From Desulfomonilia bacterium (GTDB taxonomy: Bacteria; Desulfobacterota; Desulfomonilia; UBA1062), in contig CAXXDQ010000003.1 in the NCBI GenBank assembly GCA_963664325.2, positions 896,001 to 960,000 of the forward strand: a stretch of DNA of 64,000 bases, given 5' to 3'. The translations under genes and the position numbers were made by a program. The notes below the pieces were generated by a model. That model worked only from the letters and a program-made list of their open reading frames with translations. It did no database searches and had not been told where the DNA came from. Positions 18,854-27,882 of this stretch are shown in pieces; the first letter of the stretch is position 1, and each line of letters begins with the position of its first letter.

Positions 18854-20035
18854 ATGAAAAGACTTTTACTGGTTTCGATGACGGCGGTATTTTTTATGGC
18901 AGCAGGCTGTATGCCGGTTGCGGATGCTGGGAAAGACCTGAAAATTCTGAACGGCCTCGATGTAACCCTTGACGGTTCGAATTCCACGGTCAAGATCGGA
19001 AAAATTACAAATTATGGCTGGGATTTCGGGGATGGTGTGCAGGCAAACGGCATAACCGTTAAACATAAATATGCCGCTGCGGGTTCGTATGAAGTCACTC
19101 TTACCGTAAAAGACAATACCGGATTCAAAGCAACGGACAAGGCCACAGTAAGTGTCATCGACTGGGACGTCCTGGCAACGCCTGTCAATGCAGGCGGGCA
19201 TGTCATACAGGCCCCTCTGGTCGACTTTCTCCCTGACGGCAGGATGGTGATCGCCGAGGGCAACAGCGCAACCGAGATTGAGATTGCAGTAGAGACATCA
19301 GAGAACAGCAAGACCTTCAATTATGTAACGAGCATTATACCCGGGACCCAATCCAGTTTCGGCAGCTTTATAAAAGCATCTGATGCGGATACGGTTGTCC
19401 TGGGCGCCAGCACGCATATCTATAAAATCAATCTTGTTACCGGGGAGCATTCAACACTGGCTGCAGCCGCCAATTTCGATGCGGTCCTCTCAGGTTCCAG
19501 GCTTTACTTTACATGGTCGAGCTATAATCCCGACTGGTCCGCAAACAGCCATGTGAGCAGTCTCGATATTGATGCTCCGGGAACGGTTGCAGAGGTGATT
19601 TCGGATATCCCCGGTGCATCTGCCGGGGTCTGCCTGGACGGCGGCGGCAATATCTATACGGGCAATGGCTACTCCAATTACGGCATCCCCAATGAGACCG
19701 GGCTTATTAAACGCTTTGCGCTTTCGGATTCGCCTCAAACATGGGCTGACGGTGATTCAGTGGCCAAAGTATTGAGTGCCACGCCTTTGATCTATGCCGG
19801 GAACGATACAATCCTTACGGCCGGGGGCGATATCTTCGGAACCGGTGATGCCAACTATTTTGCAGCAATTGACGCTTCAACAGGAGACGAGATATTCAAG
19901 CTCGATCCCGATTCATCTGAGGATTCATACTACAAGCTGAGTGCCGGTAACGGACGCTTCACGGCTTCGATATGGAATTATACAAACAGCGTAGGGACTC
20001 TGTATCTGCTGCCCTTTGAGGCGCTCGGCCTGTAA
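18854..20035 (+). CDS. Lipoprotein: PKD domain + putative beta-propeller
   Basis: Lipobox AAGC; PVADAG...WDFGDG...Y-VTLTV PKD; beta-rich repeats; RBS GGAGG. Confidence 0.75.
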   Translation: MKRLLLVSMTAVFFMAAGCMPVADAGKDLKILNGLDVTLDGSNSTVKIGKITNYGWDFGDGVQANGITVKHKYAAAGSYEVTLTVKDNTGFKATDKATVSVIDWDVLATPVNAGGHVIQAPLVDFLPDGRMVIAEGNSATEIEIAVETSENSKTFNYVTSIIPGTQSSFGSFIKASDADTVVLGASTHIYKINLVTGEHSTLAAAANFDAVLSGSRLYFTWSSYNPDWSANSHVSSLDIDAPGTVAEVISDIPGASAGVCLDGGGNIYTGNGYSNYGIPNETGLIKRFALSDSPQTWADGDSVAKVLSATPLIYAGNDTILTAGGDIFGTGDANYFAAIDASTGDEIFKLDPDSSEDSYYKLSAGNGRFTASIWNYTNSVGTLYLLPFEALGL

Positions 20036-20100
20036 ATGGCGTCACGTCTTTGCATATCAATGCCGTTTCTCATCGAGGTCATTGAGGCAAAGATAAGTTT

Positions 20101-20176
20101 TTGAGCTGTTAAGCTGTTGAGCGAAACCTTGTTGTGTTGTTGTTTCTGCTTAGCTGCTTAATGGCTCATCAGCTTA
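20101..20176. repeat. Inverted repeat with arms of tandem 8-mers
   Basis: TTGAGCTG-TTAAGCTG-TTGAGC versus GCTTAGCT-GCTTAATG-GCTCATCA-GCTTA. Confidence 0.65.
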
Positions 20177-20547
20177 TTTGTTAAATTGTAAGCCGCATTC
20201 CTCGATTTCGACGCAACCCGGTCTCCCTTGATTCGGGCTATGGCGGCCCTGAACCTTCGGGCGTTCATGCGGTGCGTAAATTCTCATAATGAATTGTTGT
20301 TACGCACTTTAATGATGGCTTATAGATCGTTTTACTTTGCCATCCTGGAATCCTTATTGAAATTACCAAATGAAAACTTAAGCATTAACCAAGCAGATAT
20401 AACTTCAAGATATCTGAATTATTACAAGCCTAAGAAATGAAAACTTTCATGCCATACTGGAAACTGAAGCATAAATGGCTTTTAGTTCATATCAGCAGCG
20501 GAGATTATAAGTTTTACAATCCTCTTACATATGTAATTTCTGCATTG

Positions 20548-21393
20548 TCAATTTTGCTTGGTGGTCACGAAAGCCTCGACGCCTGCAACGCCCAGGCCTG
20601 GATTGAAATTTGCCCAGGTCCAGTTTAAAATTATCCCGCATCCGCGATCATGCCATTTAACTTCCGAAGCCCTGAGCTGAATGGCCGTGCCGACTAACCA
20701 ACCTAGTACTGGAGGTTCAATAAAATACTTGCAGCAGACAGCGGTGATTGATGCAGCATAACCGGCAATTTGTGTGTCGCCGTGATCAAGGTAAAACTGC
20801 AATCCCCACCAGTGGTGTAATAATTTCGTAAAATTTTCCTTGCATTTGGTTTTAGACCCTTCAAGCCCCGAATCACATGTTTTCAGCTCTTCAAGCGTCT
20901 GATATTGAGGTTGTTCTCTGAAATAAGCAAAACCTGCATCGTTTTCAACAATCTGCCAGTAAATTTCACAGTTAAGGTCGGCATAATTCTGGTTCAGCGC
21001 AGTTTCAAGGTCGCTCAATATCAGATTTGCATCACCGTGTTTTTCTGAGAGACGGTACGCATTCAGAAAGTCGTCACCTCCATCGTTTGGATAAATCATG
21101 TTGAATTGGGATAACGTAGCATCCCATCCAGCCTCATCACCCATTGCATATTCAATCTGGGCTTTCAGCAGCAATGCATCCCTTAATTGAGTGTATGAAA
21201 TTGAAGTATTTACGTCTGCAAGCGCTTGAAGCTGATTTCCGCTCTGTAAATCCTGATATGCACTCTCAAGATACTGGTTTGCAAGTCCTACATCATCCGT
21301 ATTACTACTGCTGCTCCCGCAGCTTGAAATAGCTGCAATATACATAGACAGAAGAATATATTCCCCGATCGTGACTGCTTTTCTCATAATCAT
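20548..21393 (-). CDS. Hypothetical lipoprotein (TPR-like N-terminal half, unknown C-terminal domain)
   Basis: Lipobox ISSC followed by GSSSS; helical TPR-like segment; lower GC. Confidence 0.7.
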   Translation of the reverse strand: MIMRKAVTIGEYILLSMYIAAISSCGSSSSNTDDVGLANQYLESAYQDLQSGNQLQALADVNTSISYTQLRDALLLKAQIEYAMGDEAGWDATLSQFNMIYPNDGGDDFLNAYRLSEKHGDANLILSDLETALNQNYADLNCEIYWQIVENDAGFAYFREQPQYQTLEELKTCDSGLEGSKTKCKENFTKLLHHWWGLQFYLDHGDTQIAGYAASITAVCCKYFIEPPVLGWLVGTAIQLRASEVKWHDRGCGIILNWTWANFNPGLGVAGVEAFVTTKQN

Positions 21394-21824
21394 TCGTCCT
21401 CTTGATTTTTGTTGGAGCTTATCCCCGAAGTTGTGTCGAGTTAATCCATCGGCAAAAAAGTGACATATCTTTAACTGATAAGGTTTTGAACAAGAATGGT
21501 CTGCATGGAAAGTCTGGATTTACCGCGTATAATCCGGGCTGGCTGTGAGCTCATGTATCTTATCCGGCAAAACATCGTATTACCATGTCGTGGCCTGCCT
21601 TTACTCTATCCACTATAAGTCACAATTGGGGATTGTAAATTACAGATCCTTGAAATGCTTTTTGTGGTTTTCTGCATCATATCAAATTGCAGACCGGATT
21701 ATGACGGTAATATAAATTTTAATTATCAAACGATCCGATACTCATGCGGCAATAAGAATGAAGCAAAAGAGATTACCGGGAAACCAGCCATTCTTTTCAT
21801 ATCCGCTTTTAGAGGTTATTGTTT

Positions 21825-22973
21825 TTATTTTCGAACTGAAAATTTATAAATCGTCGTCTGCTGGTATCTTTCTCCCGGACGAAGGACAACGCTCGGGAAT
21901 ATCGGCTCGTTGGGCGAGTCGGGAAGGTGCTCGGCTTCAAGAACGAGCCCGCAATGTTTGGAATAGGCAATGCCGTTCCTGCCAGGTATTCCTTCCATGT
22001 AATTACCGGTGTATATCTGTAGCGCCGGTTCGGTCGAAAGAAGAGTTAAAACACGACCGGAATCCGGATCGTACAACTCCAGAAATGGTCTGGGCCTTGT
22101 CGATGGACCATACAGTCCCTTTATAATCCAGCAGTGGTCATAACCGCCTCCCGCAATTTTCAACTGCTCATCATCAGCATGGATGTCTTTGCCCAAGGTC
22201 TTCGGTTTCTTGAAATCAAAGGGCGTAGAGTCGACTTTGAGCATTTCGCCGGTCGGGATGCGTGTGCTGTCTACAGGCAGGTAGAGGTCTGAAAAGATTT
22301 TGAGCTGCTCGTTCAATACAGGCGTTTTCCCAGCATCCTTCAGATTGAAATACGGATGGAATGATAGGGCGACAATAGTCGGCTCGGTCGTGGCAGCTCT
22401 GTAGTCGATGACCAGTTCGTCATTATCTGTAAGGGTGTATATAACATGTACTGTCAGTTTTCCCGGGTAGCCCTGGTCACCGTCGTCGCTTACAAGTTTG
22501 AAAACGGCTGAATTACCGTCAGATCCATCATATATCCACAGCTTTTTATTGAACCCCTCCACGCCTCCATGGAGATGGTTAGGGCCGTTGTTTGTCGCCA
22601 GCGCATATTTTTTGCCGTTCAGTTCGAACCTGCCTTTGGCTATGCGGTTTGCATATCTGCCGACAATGACGCCGAAGTATGAAAGCGGCCTGTCGGTAAA
22701 ATAATCTTGAAGCGTATCATACCCGAGTGTCACTTCATCTGTTTTACCGTTTCTGTCAGGTGTCTTGATTGAAGTGACGGTCGCGCCGAAGTCCATGACC
22801 TTAACCTGCATGCCGTTCTTGTTGGTCATTGTATATTCATAGACAGTCCTGCCGTCTGCAAGCATGCCGAACTCTTTTTTCTCAATACCTGAACTGGCAA
22901 AAACATAATTGGGCAACATTATCAGCACAGTAAAGATAAACAAAATGGAATCAGGTCTTTTTATAATTTCCAC
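21825..22973 (-). CDS. galM: Aldose 1-epimerase (mutarotase) with N-terminal signal peptide
   Basis: GRYANRI, NHLHGG, HPYFNL, GYDH, QIYTGN; hydrophobic N-terminus ending VFA. Confidence 0.92.
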   Translation of the reverse strand: MEIIKRPDSILFIFTVLIMLPNYVFASSGIEKKEFGMLADGRTVYEYTMTNKNGMQVKVMDFGATVTSIKTPDRNGKTDEVTLGYDTLQDYFTDRPLSYFGVIVGRYANRIAKGRFELNGKKYALATNNGPNHLHGGVEGFNKKLWIYDGSDGNSAVFKLVSDDGDQGYPGKLTVHVIYTLTDNDELVIDYRAATTEPTIVALSFHPYFNLKDAGKTPVLNEQLKIFSDLYLPVDSTRIPTGEMLKVDSTPFDFKKPKTLGKDIHADDEQLKIAGGGYDHCWIIKGLYGPSTRPRPFLELYDPDSGRVLTLLSTEPALQIYTGNYMEGIPGRNGIAYSKHCGLVLEAEHLPDSPNEPIFPSVVLRPGERYQQTTIYKFSVRK

Positions 22974-23569
22974 GATAACCTCCCTAATTGAGAAATTTAT
23001 CTGAGTTTGCGGATAAGTGTTACAACTATAATTCTATTTGATGATTTTTTATAGCGGCTCTTTTCCTGTTTATGTAATCTGTGATTATCCATTATTGAAT
23101 ATATGATCTGAAGTTCCGGGCAACCGGACCAAAAAGCGAAACTGAATAGTTCTGTAAGGCAATGATGCTCCTGCCAGAGTATACATATCTGCAATAGATG
23201 ACAGATTATTGATCCTTTAAAATGTGAATATATCGTTTTGAAATCAATCTCCCTGAATATAAGTTTCATACTATCCATCCTGGCGAGCGATAAGAGAAAA
23301 GTGATTTTACGGATTCACGACCAGTCAGATTTATTCGGTATGGTGCAACTACATACGGAAAATGCGAATGAATAATCATTACATCTTTATAACATGCAGC
23401 ATCAGGTCCCCTCACATTCCCAAATGACATTAGCATAATATGACTATTCGTATCGGCAACCGGACAATATGTTGATTTAGTTGGAAACCTCAATTATATA
23501 TAAGCATATTCGATTGATATGATATTCTGATTCTGCTGCCAATAAGCAAGGTTTTAAAGGAGACCGTCA

Positions 23570-25897
23570 ATGACAGACAAAAAGGCGGGAAAAGGAAAAC
23601 CTGCTGTCCTGAGAAAATCATACGAATTCTTTGACAACCTGCCGGAAGGCTGCCAGATCATAGATTTCGACTGGCGCTATGTTTATATAAACGATGCCGC
23701 GCTGACGCATAGCCGGCTTCCGAAAGAGGAAATGATCGGCAACAAATATATGGAAATGTGGCCCGGCATTGAAGAAACGGAAGTCTTCGACAGAATCCGG
23801 CACTGTATGGAAGACCGCGTTTCCGATCAGATTGAGAACCTGGTCGTTTTCCCTGACGGGTTAAAGGGCTGGTACAAGCTGAGCATTCAGCCTGTTCCGG
23901 AAGGCGTCTTCATCCTGTCCATGGATATTACCGAACGAAAACAGGCGGAGGAGGAAATAAAGGAAGCCAAGGCGTTTCTGGACAAGGTCATCGATATGAG
24001 CCCGTTCGCCACATGGATTTCAGACAGGGAAGGGACAGTCATAAGGGTAAACCGTTCCCTGTGCGAAACAATTAATCTCTCGGGGGACAAGATAGTCGGC
24101 AAATACAATGTGCTAAGGGATGTAAACCTTGAGAATCAGGGTGTCATGCCCGGGATAAAGGCTATATTCGAGAGGCACGTGCCGACGCGCTTCAGTATCC
24201 CCTGGAAGGCCACAGATGCCGGTGATGTGAGTTTCAATAGCGCGCGGGATATGTTCATTGACGTATCCATGTTCCCTATACTGAACATGCAAGGGGAGCT
24301 CACGAATGTGGTGTGCCACTGGGTTGATCTGACGGAACACAAGCGTGCGCAGGAGGTGCTGCAAGAGAGCGAGGAGCGCTTCCGGACCCTTGTCGACGGG
24401 GCACCGGACGGTATTTTCGTACAGGGCGATGGGCGTATGCTGTACATAAATCCGGCCATGGTGAGGCTCCTCGGAGCAGAGCGGGCCGAGGACCTGCTGG
24501 GAACGGAATTCATTGCGCTGATCGCCCCGGAGTACCTGGAGGCCGTCCGTGACCGTATCCGGGTCCAGCGTGAAACGGGCCTGCCGGTGCTGCCCATGGA
24601 GCAGGAATATCTGAGGGTCGACGGCTTGCGGGTTGCGGTCGAAACGGTGGCGGTGCCTTTGCGGTTTCAGGGCCGCGACGCACACCTGGTTTTTGTGCGC
24701 GACTGTACGGCACGGCGGAAAGCCGAGGAGGAGAAGGAGAGCCTCCAGACCCAGCTTCAGCAGGTTCAAAAGATTGAGTCGATAGGACGCCTGGCCGGTG
24801 GTGTGGCCCATGACTTCAACAATATGCTTGGAGTGATTCTCGGCCGTACGGAAATGGCTATGGACAGGGCGGAGCTGTCTCACCCGCTCCGTAACGATCT
24901 GGAAGAGATCAGCAAGGCGGCCAGACGGTCGGCTGATCTTACCCGGCAACTTCTTGCCTTTGCGAGGAAGCAGACGATAGCTCCCAGGATGCTGGACCTT
25001 AATGAAACTGTGGAAGGTATGCTTAAAATGCTTCAGCGCCTTATCGGTGAAGATATAAAACTGGCCTGGATTCCCGGCAGGAACCTGTGGCCGGTAAACG
25101 TGGACCCGTCACAGATCGACCAGATACTGGCCAATCATTGCATTAATTCCCGCGATGCCATCTCGTCCGGCATGGGCAAAATCACTATTGAAACATGCAA
25201 CAGCGTCTTCGATGACGACTACTGCACTTCTCATCCCGGCTATGTTCCGGGAGAATACGTGATGCTGGCCGTGAGCGACAACGGCGCAGGCATGGACAGG
25301 GAAATGCTGCTCCACATTTTCGAACCGTTCTTCACAACAAAGGAAATCGGAAGAGGCACCGGCCTTGGACTGTCCACCGTATACGGTATTGTCAAGCAGA
25401 ACAACGGCTTCATCAACGTATATAGCGAACCTGGACAGGGAACGACTTTCAAGATCTATATGCCCCGCCATACTACCATTTATGCTGATGCACCCAAGGA
25501 AACGCAGGAGGAGCATGCTGTGAGCGGTCATGAAACCATACTGCTGGTCGAGGATGAACAGGCCATCCTGAAAATGACCGCGACTATGCTCGAGAAACAA
25601 GGCTATAACGTAATTTCTGCCCTTTCTCCGGATGAGGCACTCCGTCTGGCAAAGGAATACAAAGGCGATATTCACCTTGTCATGACCGACGTGGTCATGC
25701 CCGGGATGAACGGCAGGGAACTTGTAGAAAATCTATTGTCTCAATACCCAGGGATCAAGAGCCTGTACATGTCGGGATATACGGCCAATGCGATCGCCCA
25801 CCATGGAGTCCTTGGCCCCGGCGTCAATTTCATCATGAAGCCGTTCGCAATAAAAACCCTGGCTTCTACTGTACGCAGGACACTTGACGGCAAGTAA
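23570..25897 (+). CDS. Cytoplasmic hybrid sensor kinase (3 PAS + HisKA + HATPase + REC)
   Basis: PAS/PAC repeats, GGVAHDFNN, FEPFFTTK, GTGLGL, LLVEDE, TDVVMP. Confidence 0.94.
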   Translation: MTDKKAGKGKPAVLRKSYEFFDNLPEGCQIIDFDWRYVYINDAALTHSRLPKEEMIGNKYMEMWPGIEETEVFDRIRHCMEDRVSDQIENLVVFPDGLKGWYKLSIQPVPEGVFILSMDITERKQAEEEIKEAKAFLDKVIDMSPFATWISDREGTVIRVNRSLCETINLSGDKIVGKYNVLRDVNLENQGVMPGIKAIFERHVPTRFSIPWKATDAGDVSFNSARDMFIDVSMFPILNMQGELTNVVCHWVDLTEHKRAQEVLQESEERFRTLVDGAPDGIFVQGDGRMLYINPAMVRLLGAERAEDLLGTEFIALIAPEYLEAVRDRIRVQRETGLPVLPMEQEYLRVDGLRVAVETVAVPLRFQGRDAHLVFVRDCTARRKAEEEKESLQTQLQQVQKIESIGRLAGGVAHDFNNMLGVILGRTEMAMDRAELSHPLRNDLEEISKAARRSADLTRQLLAFARKQTIAPRMLDLNETVEGMLKMLQRLIGEDIKLAWIPGRNLWPVNVDPSQIDQILANHCINSRDAISSGMGKITIETCNSVFDDDYCTSHPGYVPGEYVMLAVSDNGAGMDREMLLHIFEPFFTTKEIGRGTGLGLSTVYGIVKQNNGFINVYSEPGQGTTFKIYMPRHTTIYADAPKETQEEHAVSGHETILLVEDEQAILKMTATMLEKQGYNVISALSPDEALRLAKEYKGDIHLVMTDVVMPGMNGRELVENLLSQYPGIKSLYMSGYTANAIAHHGVLGPGVNFIMKPFAIKTLASTVRRTLDGK

Positions 25898-26014
25898 GGA
25901 CATAAACGGCTTAGCTGTTACACAATGGCTCAAGTTGACACAAACCTGTTTGTGATTGTGATTTATCCATCCCTGTGTGAATATACTGTTCGAGGGATAC
26001 CGGCACTCCTTTTG

Positions 26015-26959
26015 CTATCGGGGGATATCCGATAACGGCATGATAAAAACTCCCCTGCCGTTCATATTCATGCTCCTGCCCTTCAAACCAAACTCAGTGA
26101 TATAAAGAAAATCCGGGCGGAAGCCGGGTCCTTTGCCGAATTTGCAGGAAGAAGGTGCCTTCAGGTCACCAGTCCTGTAGCCGATGCTTACAACTCCGTC
26201 CTTGACAGGGACTATAGCCTGTTCCGAATTGAAGCACATCCACACGGTTCCATCCTGTGCCGTATCCATGTCATCAAATAAATGAAACTTTCCCGGGGCA
26301 TAAAGAATTTTTTTCTGCCTCGTTTTCATGTCAAGCTCGATAAGCCTGCCGTCAAGGTTTGTTATATAAAGCCTGGATTCATCAGGCGAAAAGGCAAGGC
26401 CATTTGTTATGCCTCCGGTCTCGATAAAAATCTCCGGATTTGTAAAACTCCCGTCATCTCCGATTTTTGAACGCAAGACCCTGCCTTTCGGGTTCAAAAT
26501 AGACATGTTGGATGAAGCAATATAGAGATAGCCGTCCCTGTCCTGAGCCATGCCGTTCAACCCTTCGACAGGGGAGGATACGGGAGAGGCGTTTGTGAAA
26601 TCCTTGTTAACCCGGTAAATCCTGTGCTCATCCTTATCGTTTAAAACACCCACATAGAGCTTGCCATCAGGACCGACCTCTACATCCAGGCACATTTTGC
26701 CCATTTTTCTTTTATCCGTGATTCTGCCTGTATAGGGGTCCTCTGTCGGAACAACCCGGTATATCATTCCATCAAGCCCGGTTACGAACATATTGCCCAG
26801 ACCGTCGAATGCAAGGTTTTCGGCTCCATGCATGCCGGATACATAAGGTTTTATCCAGGGCTTGTCCTGGCCGATGCTGATGATTTTCAGTCCGCTCGAG
26901 CAGGCTGATAGAAAAAACAGGCAAGAAATAATATAATATGTCTTGGTCTCGACTCTCAT
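26015..26959 (-). CDS. SMP-30/gluconolactonase-family beta-propeller lipoprotein
   Basis: Lipobox LSAC; AENLAFD, NGMAQD, NGLAFSPDE, PSSCKFG. Confidence 0.8.
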   Translation of the reverse strand: MRVETKTYYIISCLFFLSACSSGLKIISIGQDKPWIKPYVSGMHGAENLAFDGLGNMFVTGLDGMIYRVVPTEDPYTGRITDKRKMGKMCLDVEVGPDGKLYVGVLNDKDEHRIYRVNKDFTNASPVSSPVEGLNGMAQDRDGYLYIASSNMSILNPKGRVLRSKIGDDGSFTNPEIFIETGGITNGLAFSPDESRLYITNLDGRLIELDMKTRQKKILYAPGKFHLFDDMDTAQDGTVWMCFNSEQAIVPVKDGVVSIGYRTGDLKAPSSCKFGKGPGFRPDFLYITEFGLKGRSMNMNGRGVFIMPLSDIPR

Positions 26960-27210
26960 ATTAATATTTTTGATCCCTCTGATCCTTTTAAATTGTCGAT
27001 CCAGGATAGCTGTTATTGTAAATAAAGCTTATATCTGAATTGTCAGCCAGTTCAACGTAATTATCGTTAACAAGATATTTCCGGTAATAAAGTCCGTTAC
27101 AGATCATTTCAAATCGGCAAATGATCTTTTCCCTCGGGTTGCTGCATGAAAGTAAAGAAAAGGCTACCCCTCAGGATGGAAAAAAGCTAGATGTTTTAAA
27201 AGGAGTGAGC

Positions 27211-27792
27211 ATGCGTCTGGCGTTATTCGATTTCGACGGCACCATATCAAATAAGGATACTACCTCGGACTTCATTGTTCGCTCGTGCGGAAGGCGCAAG
27301 GCCCTTCTCGGCCTCATCCGCCTGAGCCCCATTTTCCTGGCCTACAGCCTGAAACGCATCTCCCATCATGAGGCCAAACAGGCGACCATACAACATTATT
27401 TCGGGGACTGGGGAAAAGAGTCATTCATAGCGGCGGCCCATTGCTATGCCCGGAACGTCATACCGGCGATTCTCCGGCCTGAGGCGCTGAATAGGATCAA
27501 CTGGCACCTTCAAAGGGGTCATATTGTCGCTGTCGTCACCGGTTCACTTGAAATCCTGCTGGAAGAATGGTGCGCGGGTCTGGGTATCGATCTGATAGCC
27601 ACAGGAGTAGACCTGACTGGCGAACGAATTGACCTGTCAACGCGCAACTGCTTCAAGGAGGAAAAGGCCAGACGCATCCGGGAAAAATATGTCCTGGAGG
27701 GCTTTGAACTCATCTATGCCTACGGGGACAGCCCGGGCGACCGGGAAATGCTGGCCTTGGCTGACAGGAAATATTACAAACGCTTTGGGTGA
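27211..27792 (+). CDS. HAD-IB family hydrolase
   Basis: FDFDGT, VTGS, EEK, YAYGDSPGD; RBS AAGGAG. Confidence 0.88.
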   Translation: MRLALFDFDGTISNKDTTSDFIVRSCGRRKALLGLIRLSPIFLAYSLKRISHHEAKQATIQHYFGDWGKESFIAAAHCYARNVIPAILRPEALNRINWHLQRGHIVAVVTGSLEILLEEWCAGLGIDLIATGVDLTGERIDLSTRNCFKEEKARRIREKYVLEGFELIYAYGDSPGDREMLALADRKYYKRFG

Positions 27793-27882
27793 TCCGCCGG
27801 GAACTCCCGGATGATGCTTCTGGCACGGATATAATAACGCCAGGGATCTTAGGCTATTAAGACTTCCATACGATATAAAGGA

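Noticed and set aside
20192-20273. Structured element as 6S RNA, SRP RNA or HDV-like ribozyme
   Set aside because: Too short for 6S, lacks the SRP GGAA-loop/AGCAG motif, and the TTCCTCG is not closed by an HDV P3/P1 arrangement
21825-22973. Signal peptide on GalM as a novelty
   Set aside because: Exported mutarotases are already known in several Gram-negative bacteria
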